Shown: one piece after another, positions 29,601-39,516 of the stretch | Layout: each line of letters opens with the position of its first letter | Numbering within the stretch: the first letter of the stretch is position 1 | DNA from: an uncultured archaeon | GTDB lineage: Archaea; Asgardarchaeota; Thorarchaeia; Thorarchaeales; Thorarchaeaceae | NCBI GenBank assembly: GCA_964558645.1 | Contig: CAZLEV010000003.1 | Coordinates: 128,001 to 192,000 of the forward strand | DNA: 64,000 nt | Reading direction: 5' to 3' | Program-made: the position numbers and the translations under genes | Notes under the pieces: generated by a model | Told to the model about the DNA's origin: nothing | Seen by the model: only the letters and a program-made list of their open reading frames with translations | Database searches by the model: none

Positions 29601-29714
29601 CTGTTCAATGAAATATATCGTGAACCAAGTCTATTGGGAGCTTGATATTCGCAAGCCAATAGACAAGAGGGCCACCAACTAGTTTCTTCAGAACTGTGGC
29701 AGCCTTCAGTTTCA

Positions 29715-32700
29715 CTACTTTCTCTTTCGAACGTAGAACGCGACTACAGCAACTACGACCACTGCGATTCCTAGAGCCGCCAAGACCATAGGCAGTGTCA
29801 AATCCACAGGTCTTGTTGTTGCTTCTTGGGGTTGAACAGCTAGTACAGTGACGTCTACCCTATCAGAAACGGAATTTGCAGATCTATCATAGACTGTGAG
29901 TACGAAGTATGTTTCTCCGGGCTCTAGGTGGTCGACACTGTAAACGATGCGCGAACCGGACCAAGGTCCCGATGCCACAACACTGTTGTTTCTCTCAATC
30001 TGATACCATGCAGGATAGTCATCGTCTGGAGTCCAGACGACAGTGTTTCCAGTCGAGCCGTGCATGTAGGTCAGGTCGTCCGGTGAGTCTATGGTCGGAT
30101 CTACATCATCATCAATGACTTGGACAAGAATTGTATCGCTGTCAGAGTTTCTATCCAAGTCGTAAATGACAATGTGGTACTCGTAGATTCCTTCAATGAG
30201 TCCATCGAGACCCAAGGTCAGGGTGCCAGATGTCCATGTGCCCGTGATTTGCTCCTCCCCATCAATGTACACCATATAGATGTCGGGATTCAGGTCGGAA
30301 ATCTGCCACGTGACAGACTGATTGGTGCCGTCTTCGAAGACGGTGACATCTGCTGCAGAACTCATCACAGGCGGAGTGTTATCGAACACATGGATGAGCA
30401 CTTCATCAGTTGCGCTGTTGTCTTCAGTGTCCCAGATGGTGAAGGTTGCCGTATGGGTGCCATATGTGAGGTTATCCACATTGACAGTCACGCCGTCTTC
30501 GAACTTCCAGGCGTCCTCTTCCCAGAGCTGGCCATCGATCTCAAGTGTCCAAGACTTCAGGAAATCGTCTCGTGGGCGCCACGTGAGTGTGTTCCCCGCA
30601 GAACCCTCGGCATAGCTTATGTCCAGTGGCTGGTCAATCATCGGGGTCGTTGGTGCAAAGAGACATGGATAGTTATCTACCGATGAGCCTCCGGCAATCT
30701 CGTCATAGATGCCGGTTCCATCCCAGTCATCCCAGCAGTTACCAAGCTCAACGCCATCATCAAATGTGTTGAGACTATCATCATAGGCGTTTGCCGTACC
30801 ACTGAAGGCGATGGTGTTGTAGTAGACATCCGTGCCTGCTGACGAGAGCAAGACTATGCCAAACTGGGAGGACCACAGGATTGTGTTGTTCGTGATAAGT
30901 TGGTTGTCGCCGTTCACCACGCGGATTGCCTGACCACAGCTCTCGAAGTGGTTCAGGGTCACATTGTGCCCGTCTGAGGTGCTGCCAATTGGCTCAACTC
31001 CATACGAAGTACAATGCCGAAAGACGTTGCCTGTGATGTTGTAGTCGGATGAGCTGTATGCTGCAATTCCGATTGTGCAATTGTAGATGGTATTATTGAT
31101 GATTTGATGCGAGTTTGACTCGTAGAGCCCGTAGATGACCTGACCTGGAATGTGTCTAAAAACAGATCCCATCACGACCCCATTGTCCCCGTATTCACAG
31201 TATACGCCTTGGAAGGAGTTCTCTACGGTCAGGTTCAAGAGTTGAAACTGGTCAGACTCATAGAGATGGATTGCTGTTCCAGTTGGAATGAAGCGGTCAA
31301 AGGACGACTCTGCGACATACAGCCCATCGGAACGGTATCCGTAGATACCTTTCGCAGCCCCAATGCCGGTGAGCTGAGAATCAAGGACAGTTGCATTCTC
31401 GGTTTCGTGGACGACGATGCCATATCGGTTCCCAGAGATTTCAACGCCCTCGATGTTGATCTCCTCAGAGAAGGCAGTCAGGATTCCGGCCGATGACGTT
31501 TCGAATTCACCACCTTGTATCGTCATATTCTCGCAGTCCACGATGATGATTTCGCCACATTGTGTTCCATCTATGACCATGTCTGATTGTGCTCTGAGGT
31601 ACAGCAGATCCTTGCCATTGACGATGTTGTCGTTGACTGTATGATTGTAGTGCTGCACGTTCGGACTAATGGGCGCGAGTATGCCACATCCGGTGAACTC
31701 ATTTCCTTCTATGGTGCAGTTGATACACTGAAACAAGTAGAGTCCGTTCAGTGCCTGCGATACTATGTTGTTCGAGAAGGTAGCATTTACTGCGCCGTAG
31801 AATGCCGCTCCTTCATTCTCGATTGCCGTGATGGTGTTCTCGATCACCGTGAGATTGTCTGAACCAGTGATATAGATACCATCAACCGAATCGGAGATGT
31901 CATTGTCAGACAAGTATGCCCTGTCGCAGTCGGAAAGGTAGAGAGCCTGCGAAAATGCATCCGACAAGATATTGCCGATGATGACTGAATCTGGAGAGTT
32001 GGACAGCTCGAGTCCCCTAAGGAAAGTATTCGTGACGGTGTTGTACTCGATTTGGGCTGAGTCACAGCCCAAAACATGGATTCCGCGCTCAGCCATTTCG
32101 CTAATGATGTTACCACTCACTACCCAGTTGTCACACGACTCGAGGTATATTCCGGTCGTACCAACAATTTCAATGTGGTTGTCTGATCCTGTTCCGTTAT
32201 TACAACCAACAGCATAGATCCCGTACTCAGCAGCATCTTGGATGTAGTTGTCTGTCAGGGTTGGATCCTGACAATCATCAGCGTCTACTGCTGTATCTCC
32301 GGGGCTGATGAAGGAGCAGTTGTGAATCTCAAGTTCATCACACTCATCTATATCAATTCCCACAGCGCCAGAGTTTTCGATCACAGTATTGCGAATGCTG
32401 AGATTGTGACAGCCCTCTATGTCCATACCCTCTAAGACTACATCTCTGATTCGGCAGCCAGATATCACTGTGTCATTGCATTGGGTAATCTGGTATCCCT
32501 TAGGGCCATCAGAGATGTCACAGGAGGTAATGGACGCACCGTGTGATAACAGAATGTACATGTGCCTGACATTGGGTGTGCTCCCATAGAGATTCTCTAT
32601 CACGACCCCGGGGCTGAAGGCAACATATGGTCCCCCTTGAGGCCCATCGAGGTAGACATCTTGGATGACAAGCCCGTGGCAGTAGGTGGCCTGCAACGCC

Positions 32701-33407
32701 TCGCTCCCCCCGTGGACGTCGTTGTTTGTAAAGGCTGTTCCATTGGAGGAGGCAAGGATGAAGTTGTGATTTATCCCTCCAGGATAGAATGAACAAGAGT
32801 CGATGAGGGCTCCATGACAGTATTCGATGTATGTGGTCCGGTAGTCTGTTGCGTTAATCATGCAGTTCTGAAGGCTTATTCCTGGACAGCTCTCGGCCGT
32901 GACGGCATAGTCTGTACCTCCCCTCAGCACGGAGTGACTAACGTGCGTGTAGTTTGCCAAGAAGAGGTTGATGGCCTGCGTTGGAGAGAATATGGAGTTG
33001 TATTCGAGACTCGCATGGGTTGTGTTCTGAATCACTACGGCAGGGATGCTAGAAATCTGCCTGATGTAGCAGTCTTGAATCAAGAAATGCGCATACGTGT
33101 TCTTGATCTCTATCAGGACAACACCTAGGTCTCGAGTGATGTTCAGCCCAGATATCACGTATGGCTCCTCCTCTGTTCCATCCCCGGGCCAGCCCTGCAG
33201 TTCAAAGTCCTCGGTGCCCTCGATATGGATGGGTACATGAGGCTTGATCTCCTCTGGAGCCAAGCGCGATCCACGTTCTTGGGCGACCATGGCGGTCCTT
33301 TCCGTCAAGCCAGATTCATGGGTGTTCAGTATCCATTCTGAAGTCAGCATCGCCGGCTGCAGAATGAGCGCAACAATAACACAAAAGGCCAGTAACTTAG
33401 ATTTCAT
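29715..33407 (-). CDS. NosD/right-handed parallel beta-helix surface protein with three Ig-like domains and C-terminal TM anchor (paralog 1)
   Basis: Signal peptide; HVPIHI..GWPGDGT..PY cap; GIY....N..I..N repeats; GNCWDD; PxD.Y.EG..GN...W Ig repeats; TM + RKRK; SD GGAGGAG. Confidence 0.9.
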   Translation of the reverse strand: MKSKLLAFCVIVALILQPAMLTSEWILNTHESGLTERTAMVAQERGSRLAPEEIKPHVPIHIEGTEDFELQGWPGDGTEEEPYVISGLNITRDLGVVLIEIKNTYAHFLIQDCYIRQISSIPAVVIQNTTHASLEYNSIFSPTQAINLFLANYTHVSHSVLRGGTDYAVTAESCPGISLQNCMINATDYRTTYIEYCHGALIDSCSFYPGGINHNFILASSNGTAFTNNDVHGGSEALQATYCHGLVIQDVYLDGPQGGPYVAFSPGVVIENLYGSTPNVRHMYILLSHGASITSCDISDGPKGYQITQCNDTVISGCRIRDVVLEGMDIEGCHNLSIRNTVIENSGAVGIDIDECDELEIHNCSFISPGDTAVDADDCQDPTLTDNYIQDAAEYGIYAVGCNNGTGSDNHIEIVGTTGIYLESCDNWVVSGNIISEMAERGIHVLGCDSAQIEYNTVTNTFLRGLELSNSPDSVIIGNILSDAFSQALYLSDCDRAYLSDNDISDSVDGIYITGSDNLTVIENTITAIENEGAAFYGAVNATFSNNIVSQALNGLYLFQCINCTIEGNEFTGCGILAPISPNVQHYNHTVNDNIVNGKDLLYLRAQSDMVIDGTQCGEIIIVDCENMTIQGGEFETSSAGILTAFSEEINIEGVEISGNRYGIVVHETENATVLDSQLTGIGAAKGIYGYRSDGLYVAESSFDRFIPTGTAIHLYESDQFQLLNLTVENSFQGVYCEYGDNGVVMGSVFRHIPGQVIYGLYESNSHQIINNTIYNCTIGIAAYSSSDYNITGNVFRHCTSYGVEPIGSTSDGHNVTLNHFESCGQAIRVVNGDNQLITNNTILWSSQFGIVLLSSAGTDVYYNTIAFSGTANAYDDSLNTFDDGVELGNCWDDWDGTGIYDEIAGGSSVDNYPCLFAPTTPMIDQPLDISYAEGSAGNTLTWRPRDDFLKSWTLEIDGQLWEEDAWKFEDGVTVNVDNLTYGTHTATFTIWDTEDNSATDEVLIHVFDNTPPVMSSAADVTVFEDGTNQSVTWQISDLNPDIYMVYIDGEEQITGTWTSGTLTLGLDGLIEGIYEYHIVIYDLDRNSDSDTILVQVIDDDVDPTIDSPDDLTYMHGSTGNTVVWTPDDDYPAWYQIERNNSVVASGPWSGSRIVYSVDHLEPGETYFVLTVYDRSANSVSDRVDVTVLAVQPQEATTRPVDLTLPMVLAALGIAVVVVAVVAFYVRKRK

Positions 33408-33413
33408 CATATG

Positions 33414-33607
33414 CTCCTCCTTTGGCGGCATCGGAAGCTTGGTGCCACAGTGCACCATCTTCTCTCTCCACACGTCTTGCCAGCACAAACGCCGATAGAT
33501 CCTGACCACCAAGATGCCAAAGAACGAATCGCTTTGGCGCGGGCTTGTACCTTCGGGTTCGGTGGGCGCAATACCTGAACAGGTAGGAAGCTAAAGAATC
33601 TAATAAA
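33414..33607 (-). promoter_or_regulatory. TATA box plus long structured 5' leader with alternative SD-occluding pairing
   Basis: TTTATTA at 33607-33601. The transcript has GCCAAAG twice (33538-33532, and 33426-33420 abutting the SD) and one complement (33522-33516). Confidence 0.5.
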
Positions 33608-33742
33608 TCCCGAGCTTGAAACTCGCTCATGCGTTGGCGGAAAGAACCACTGCTGAGAGGTAAGACCTGAGTGTTTCTTCGGCTATCTGAATGGGCCGGT
33701 CTTGAGCATCCTCACATACTCCCCCTCCATCATGTCAGGTAC

Positions 33743-33979
33743 CTAATAGGCTGTTAGCCCGACGGAAAGAAGCAGTATCCCAAAGACGAAAAGGCGAATT
33801 GCGACACCAGAGATTTCGGACACAGTCTGAGGATTGCCGGTGTAGGCTGCAATTGGTGCTGTGAGCGGATCTAGGACCAGCGCCATGGCAGTGAGGATGA
33901 TGCCCAATAAGGCCGCAGCTGTGGCCAGAAGATGCCGTTTTTCTCGAGGGCCTCTTCTCTGTTTCCTTTCGGTCGGCAT
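33743..33979 (-). CDS. Small 2-TM membrane protein
   Basis: Basic N-terminus followed by two hydrophobic helices; start uncertain. Confidence 0.55.
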   Translation of the reverse strand: MPTERKQRRGPREKRHLLATAAALLGIILTAMALVLDPLTAPIAAYTGNPQTVSEISGVAIRLFVFGILLLSVGLTAY

Positions 33980-34124
33980 GGTCTTGTTCAGATATCTTCC
34001 TACCGGCTTGAGTATTGGCGGTGGGGATGAAAACTTGCTGATAGTCTGTCGGTCCAGCGTGTCTGAGAGGATTGCCCCCATCGCTGAGGTTACGACGGAT
34101 CTGGAAGGTGTCTGAAAACCTTAC

Positions 34125-35168
34125 CTAGTATCCCCTATCGATGCCTACGACATTGATAAGATCAGGTCTTCCTTCGTGGACTCGCCGAATGTTCTCTACA
34201 ACTTCATCCCATCGTTTGAGGTCATCCATCGGCGAGGCACCCCGGTGAGGAGAGAGAACTACATTATCGAGTTCGTGGAACGGGTATTCGTAGGGGAAGA
34301 GGCGTCCCTCCTCGTCAGGCTCGGGATTATAGTCATACCATACGTCGATGGCGGCACCCCGAATCTTCCTTTCTAATAGAGCCCTGTAAAGGCTCTCTTG
34401 AACAACGATACCTCCCCGTCCCATATTGACCAATAAACCGTTCTCACCTAGTAGATTCAGTTCCTTCTCTCCGATAAGACCCTCAGTCTCCTCGGTCAAG
34501 GGTACTGCAATGATGAGTGTGTCAATATGCCGAAGAAACTCATGCAACTCGGAAGGTACGAATTTGGTGACCTCGGTTGGCAGTCTGTCATCCTCGATCC
34601 AGGACCTCCTCAAGACAGAGAATTCCACGTCGAATCCAGAAAGGAATCTGTGTGTCCTGCTATTTACAGCACCATATCCAAGAAGACCAACTCTTCTGTT
34701 ACGAAGTGGAATGCTTCTTGCTTCCGCATTGGCCGTTCTCCAGAGTCCGCTTACCATCCCATTATGATGTCGGACAACCTTATTGGTCAGAGCCAGAAGC
34801 AGAGCGACGGCATGCTGTGCCGTGAAATAGGAGTTGCCATGTCCGTTGACTAGAGTTACGTTTTTCTCTCTATAGAGATCTCGGAACTTCGGTAGGAGAT
34901 GTTGTACGCCAGCTCCAGGATTGATGTGCAGCTTCAGCTTCTCTGCTGCTTCGAACAGCTCCTTGGACGGTCTCCATCCCACAATGACGTCCGCATCTTC
35001 GACCAATCGAAGGTACTCTTCTTTGTCATGCCTGTCCGGATATACAAGTATGAGATCTTCGAGGTCATCAAGACCAGAATTAAGATAGTCTGCCAGTCTT
35101 TCGGGGACATCCCAGATGAAGAGAACCTTCGTCTTAGCTGCTCTATCAGGAGTCATCATTTCACTCAT
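34125..35168 (-). CDS. D-isomer-specific 2-hydroxyacid dehydrogenase
   Basis: GAGV, GLLGYGAV, PLTEETEGLI, NMGRG, IDVW, SPH. Confidence 0.9.
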   Translation of the reverse strand: MSEMMTPDRAAKTKVLFIWDVPERLADYLNSGLDDLEDLILVYPDRHDKEEYLRLVEDADVIVGWRPSKELFEAAEKLKLHINPGAGVQHLLPKFRDLYREKNVTLVNGHGNSYFTAQHAVALLLALTNKVVRHHNGMVSGLWRTANAEARSIPLRNRRVGLLGYGAVNSRTHRFLSGFDVEFSVLRRSWIEDDRLPTEVTKFVPSELHEFLRHIDTLIIAVPLTEETEGLIGEKELNLLGENGLLVNMGRGGIVVQESLYRALLERKIRGAAIDVWYDYNPEPDEEGRLFPYEYPFHELDNVVLSPHRGASPMDDLKRWDEVVENIRRVHEGRPDLINVVGIDRGY

Positions 35169-35177
35169 TGCGCTTGG

Positions 35178-36242
35178 CTATTCAAAGATGTCGGATACCC
35201 GTTCATCGAATTCTTTGAACGCGGTGACAAGTGCCGTGTCGCTGGTCAACTGCTCTCTATGATTGACTTCAAACTCCATCATTGCATTTCTCAGTGAGTG
35301 TCGTAGACTCGGGGTTTCCTTTGTGACAATAAGGAGAGCTCTGGTGATGCTGCCTGTCTCCACAAGAATCCGTACATCTCCATGGTCAACCCTGTCGAGA
35401 GCACTCTCGCTTGCAAGCATCTCCTTCATCAAGCTGATAACACCGGACATCGCGGAACCGATGAGTTCGGGGTCCACACTGTCAGTGTAGTCACGGAAGC
35501 GATAGCTGTATACCAGCGTTCCCTCTGAATCAAGGATTAAGAGGTCGAGTGGCCTGGCTTCACTTATGAAGAGCATCTTGGGGTTCCAGGCAACTGTTAC
35601 GGCGACGAGGAGCAGGCCCAGCGTATATGGAATAGGCCACAAGTTGCCAATCTGCTGAGGGATCCCGGGAATCCCCGCGATTACAACGCCGAACACTCCA
35701 GCAATCATCCAGATGAAGAAACCTAGAAAATAGGCTGCAATCATTTTCTTTCGTTGAGGATCCTCTTCGACATTGATGACTTTCATGCCATAACGAACAA
35801 TCTCGTACGCTAGGAGAAGAAAGGCCAGTCCCTCGATGGCCACAGGAATCGCCTCAGACCAGTCCATCTTCTCGAGTTCTCCTAGCAGGGCTGCACCTGC
35901 CATGAAGGCAACTGCATTGGCTCGTGGAGGAAGCGAGTCATATTGGCTGTACATGATGGCATAGTACCAGAAAAGGAATCCTCCGACGATGAAGAATGCG
36001 AGGAGCACGTTGGACATCCAAAGACGTTGGCCACCGATATACACTTCCCAGTTTCTGAATGGCATGTAGATCTGGTCTAGTAAGAGATCTATTGCCATTG
36101 CTGAGAAGGATGCAATTGCCAAGGTATAGAGTAGAGTGGGAAGGCGTCTGGTTCTCCACCAAGATCTCACAATCACTATCATGGCGATGCCCGAGATGAC
36201 GGTAGAAACAAGCAGATACGGGACCAGTTCTAGTGATTGCAA
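35178..36242 (-). CDS. ~7-TM membrane protein with C-terminal cytoplasmic longin domain
   Basis: Seven hydrophobic segments, then LLILDSEGTLVYSY...DPELIGSAMSGV...EML...VDHGD..ILVE...FE longin pattern. Confidence 0.8.
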   Translation of the reverse strand: MQSLELVPYLLVSTVISGIAMIVIVRSWWRTRRLPTLLYTLAIASFSAMAIDLLLDQIYMPFRNWEVYIGGQRLWMSNVLLAFFIVGGFLFWYYAIMYSQYDSLPPRANAVAFMAGAALLGELEKMDWSEAIPVAIEGLAFLLLAYEIVRYGMKVINVEEDPQRKKMIAAYFLGFFIWMIAGVFGVVIAGIPGIPQQIGNLWPIPYTLGLLLVAVTVAWNPKMLFISEARPLDLLILDSEGTLVYSYRFRDYTDSVDPELIGSAMSGVISLMKEMLASESALDRVDHGDVRILVETGSITRALLIVTKETPSLRHSLRNAMMEFEVNHREQLTSDTALVTAFKEFDERVSDIFE

Positions 36243-36429
36243 GGTAGGTTCCTCTTTGGCCTGCGGAGAGCAGACTGACCTCTAGAGGCACTAGAGGTCG
36301 ATACCTGCAAATATGCGTTTCCTGTCTGGTCCCACGCACCAGGAATTCTAGACTGCTTTCATCACTGGGTGACTCAAGCAGACCGAGTGATGAAGTCATA
36401 TCATGGAGGTCCGAAAATAGCTCTTGGTA

Positions 36430-37284
36430 ATGAAGATGAAATTTGGGATATCAACAATCAACTTCGGGTGGTTTGCAGATACAGACCTTCTCATTGAAGT
36501 TGCCATGGAGGCTGAGGATGCCGGGTGGGACGGTTTCTTCCTCTGGGATCATCTTCTTGTCTTTCATCCTGAACCTGTTGTTCCCTTTGCAGACCCCTGG
36601 ATTGCTCTTACCGCAATCGCCGTTCATACAAAGCGTATGAGGATCGGACCCATGATCACCCCTATGCCGCGTCGGCGGCCCTGGAAACTAGCCAGAGAAG
36701 CCGTCACTCTGGATCATATCTCGAACGGACGTCTGACGCTGGGTGTAGGTATCGGGGCTCCGCCTGAGGTCGAATACGGCCTCTTCGGTGAGGAGACAAG
36801 TGCACGTATCCGAGCTGAGAAGCTTGATGAGTCACTGGATATCGTGACTGGTCTTTGGTCGGGTAAGCCATTCTCCCACCAGGGTAAGCACTACAATGTC
36901 CGCGAGATGACCTTCCTGCCCAAGCCCAAGCAGGAACCCCGAATTCCTGTGTGGGTGGGCGGAAGTTACCCTCACAAGGCACCGTTCCGACGAGCTGCGA
37001 AGTATGACGGTGTGATTCCTGTACACTCGGCCTGGCCGGAGCCTCTGGAGGCATCACACGTGCAAGAGATTCTGGACATCGTTGTTGCTGAACGCGAGGA
37101 TCTTGAGGGATTTGATATTGTCGTGTGCGGGGAAACCACAGGAAAGGATGTTGACGCGGACATCAACACACTCCAGCCGTGGAGTGACCTTGCAGTCACT
37201 TGGTGGCTTGAGGATATTCACGGGATAAGGGGATCTCTTTCAGAGATGCGGGAGAGGATCAGGCTGGGTCCTCCAGACGTGTGA
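36430..37284 (+). CDS. LLM-class flavin/F420-dependent oxidoreductase
   Basis: AEDAGWDGFFLWDH, DPW, RRP, TLDHISNGRLTLGVG, PKPKQEPRIPVWVGG. Confidence 0.9.
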   Translation: MKMKFGISTINFGWFADTDLLIEVAMEAEDAGWDGFFLWDHLLVFHPEPVVPFADPWIALTAIAVHTKRMRIGPMITPMPRRRPWKLAREAVTLDHISNGRLTLGVGIGAPPEVEYGLFGEETSARIRAEKLDESLDIVTGLWSGKPFSHQGKHYNVREMTFLPKPKQEPRIPVWVGGSYPHKAPFRRAAKYDGVIPVHSAWPEPLEASHVQEILDIVVAEREDLEGFDIVVCGETTGKDVDADINTLQPWSDLAVTWWLEDIHGIRGSLSEMRERIRLGPPDV

Positions 37285-37328
37285 GGTCTTTCTCTCTTTA
37301 TAAAGCTCGATTCTATACCATTCTCTGC

Positions 37329-37498
37329 AAAGGGTTATATGGGACGATTGCATTTCTGACAAGTTATCGCTGGGTTGACCGACCCCGGGAGGCCACGCAC
37401 TCCCAGCGCGAACTCATAGAGCGCCACCTTTGTGAGGCCCGCTTCGATGTCACACGATGACCTCCTCTGATCGGTTATCCATAGAGGAGGCTCGGAGA
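37329..37498 (+). promoter_or_regulatory. BRE/TATA plus structured 5' leader with SD-sequestering hairpin
   Basis: AAAGGGTTATAT (37329-37340); CGCTGGG/CCCAGCG stem (37368-37408); CCTCCTCT/AGAGGAGG stem (37461-37490). Confidence 0.55.
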
Positions 37499-39508
37499 TT
37501 GAGAAACCGAGAAATGCATAGAGTGAGACTTCTATCACTGGTTTTCATAGCTGTTGTGCTCTTGAACACCGTGCCCGGAGCTGTCTGGGCAGGACAGGCT
37601 GTAGAGAGGAGCGAGGAGATTCTACCCGATCCTACGAAGAAGTATGATTTGGACTACATCTACATCTTCTACGACCCCGCGGATGAATTGATGTGTTCCA
37701 TCGCGGAATCTGTCCATGAAGTCCTTAGTTTCAGGCTTCAGAATATAATCATGATTCCAGTGGACTCGTATGACATCCTCAACTTCTATCTCCTTGATGA
37801 ACCGTGGATTGCTGTCTATGCATTACGTTCGAGTCTGAAAAATGTGGTATTCCCCGACAGGAACATGACATGGTACAAGTTCTATCAGGTCCTTTCCGAG
37901 CATAGGTCAACCCGGCACGTTGTTGGCATGGGTAACACGCTATCGATGGCACAGCACATCGGCCCCACAGAGCCCAACATACGTCACACCGATGCAGAGC
38001 AGATTGATGGACTTGTTGTGATCTTGTACAATCTCTGGGAGATTCAGGAGGCACTATCCCAGCGCTCGGAGGCCAGCAGCGATTACAGGAGAGCCCACGA
38101 GGATATTCAGACGATGGCTCTCAAGATATATGGCGATAATTTCGACATGTTCTTCAAACGCACAGTCGACCCTCAGAATCCCATTGGGGAAATCGATGAG
38201 AAGGCTCGCGAAGAGCGAACGAAGAAGATGTGGGAACAACATGCCCCCACCATCGAGAAGACGTACTATCATATGTCTGAAGAAGGTCAGCTTGAGGAGC
38301 TCACCGAAGAGGAGCTCCCTGAAGACTTCACTCCGCCCATCAAACTAAGCAGCGCAGCCGAGCTGGCCGCAGACGATTTTGTTCTTGGTGAGATACCTCT
38401 GCTGTCTGCTCTTCGAGGCCCGATAGGCGAAATTATTGACGTACTCCTCAGCGTATTGGGTGGCTCTGGCTCCACAATCATCTCCGTTCCCAGCGATTTG
38501 ATAGAAACGATTCAGAGTCTCTTCTCTGTCATCAAACCCATCATTGGTATTGTTTCAGACTTTGATGCAGAGTCTCCTCTGAAATCTGTCGTAAACGCTC
38601 TGGCCAATGAGTTTCCATTCATGGCCCAGTTCAAAGACTACCTGAATATCATTCTCAAGGCTCTCTTTAACTTCAGAGGCGATCTTGGAAGCATATTGGA
38701 GATAGTCGGAGATCTGATTGAGGTCCTTCTGCCCGATAGTGTCCCGGATATGCTGAAGAGTTTCATCGGTCAGATGTTGGACGCCGAAGACGGGCTGTGG
38801 AATGCGATAAGCTCCTTGGTTACAGGGGAGAAGGGCGTATTCGATGCAATCTTTAGTTTCTTCACTACGAATACACTGGAGTCACTTCTGAACAAAACGC
38901 TATCTGCAACTATTGGCCTTCTTCCAAGCGAGGTTTCTGCCCTCCTCCCCCGCGTCGTGACTTTCACGAAGTCAATTGTCAGTTTCATGACAAGCGGCAA
39001 CTTCATGGACTTCATCCAGCAAGTGGGCACTGAACTGCTTAGCTCAATACTCTCTGTAGCAGGTCTAGAGGATGTCGTTGACAAGGTCATGTCATTCATC
39101 CACATGGCTATGAGCGTTGTCGACCTTGTAGACAAGTTCGACACAACAAGTCTAATCGATTTGGCAAAGGGCATGCTGGAGGAGATTGTGGGTGGTTCCA
39201 ACATACCTGGTGGTGTCGAGGCTCTGGCGAAAGAGCTGTTCAGTGTCATAAAGACTTTCCAAGAGGGTGCAAGCTCTGACTTCACAGGCTTTGCTTCGCA
39301 AATAGGCAGCATCTTGGAGTCTGGCATCACAGGGGTCTCTGAAGATGTGAGGAACATTGTCCGTGACACTATTTCCCTCGTATCTGGATTCTTCGTCAGT
39401 GGCTTCAACAAGAATCAGCTCCCCGATATTTTCGAGATAGCCCAGGACATTGCGAACGAGTTTCTGGGTTCAGGAGCGACGTTATCGAGGCCTTCAATCA
39501 GGCCCTGA
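37499..39508 (+). CDS. Giant surface protein, N-terminal part (signal peptide + amphipathic helical region); frameshifted relative to 39517-43995
   Basis: TTG start 8 nt after GAGGAGG; signal peptide; the helical pattern continues in the -1 frame (DVIEAFNQALKPILGII). Confidence 0.75.
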   Translation: MRNREMHRVRLLSLVFIAVVLLNTVPGAVWAGQAVERSEEILPDPTKKYDLDYIYIFYDPADELMCSIAESVHEVLSFRLQNIIMIPVDSYDILNFYLLDEPWIAVYALRSSLKNVVFPDRNMTWYKFYQVLSEHRSTRHVVGMGNTLSMAQHIGPTEPNIRHTDAEQIDGLVVILYNLWEIQEALSQRSEASSDYRRAHEDIQTMALKIYGDNFDMFFKRTVDPQNPIGEIDEKAREERTKKMWEQHAPTIEKTYYHMSEEGQLEELTEEELPEDFTPPIKLSSAAELAADDFVLGEIPLLSALRGPIGEIIDVLLSVLGGSGSTIISVPSDLIETIQSLFSVIKPIIGIVSDFDAESPLKSVVNALANEFPFMAQFKDYLNIILKALFNFRGDLGSILEIVGDLIEVLLPDSVPDMLKSFIGQMLDAEDGLWNAISSLVTGEKGVFDAIFSFFTTNTLESLLNKTLSATIGLLPSEVSALLPRVVTFTKSIVSFMTSGNFMDFIQQVGTELLSSILSVAGLEDVVDKVMSFIHMAMSVVDLVDKFDTTSLIDLAKGMLEEIVGGSNIPGGVEALAKELFSVIKTFQEGASSDFTGFASQIGSILESGITGVSEDVRNIVRDTISLVSGFFVSGFNKNQLPDIFEIAQDIANEFLGSGATLSRPSIRP

Positions 39509-39516
39509 AGCCAATA

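Noticed and set aside
39506-39508. TGA as selenocysteine readthrough in the giant protein
   Set aside because: The continuation is in a different frame, so readthrough would not join the ORFs.
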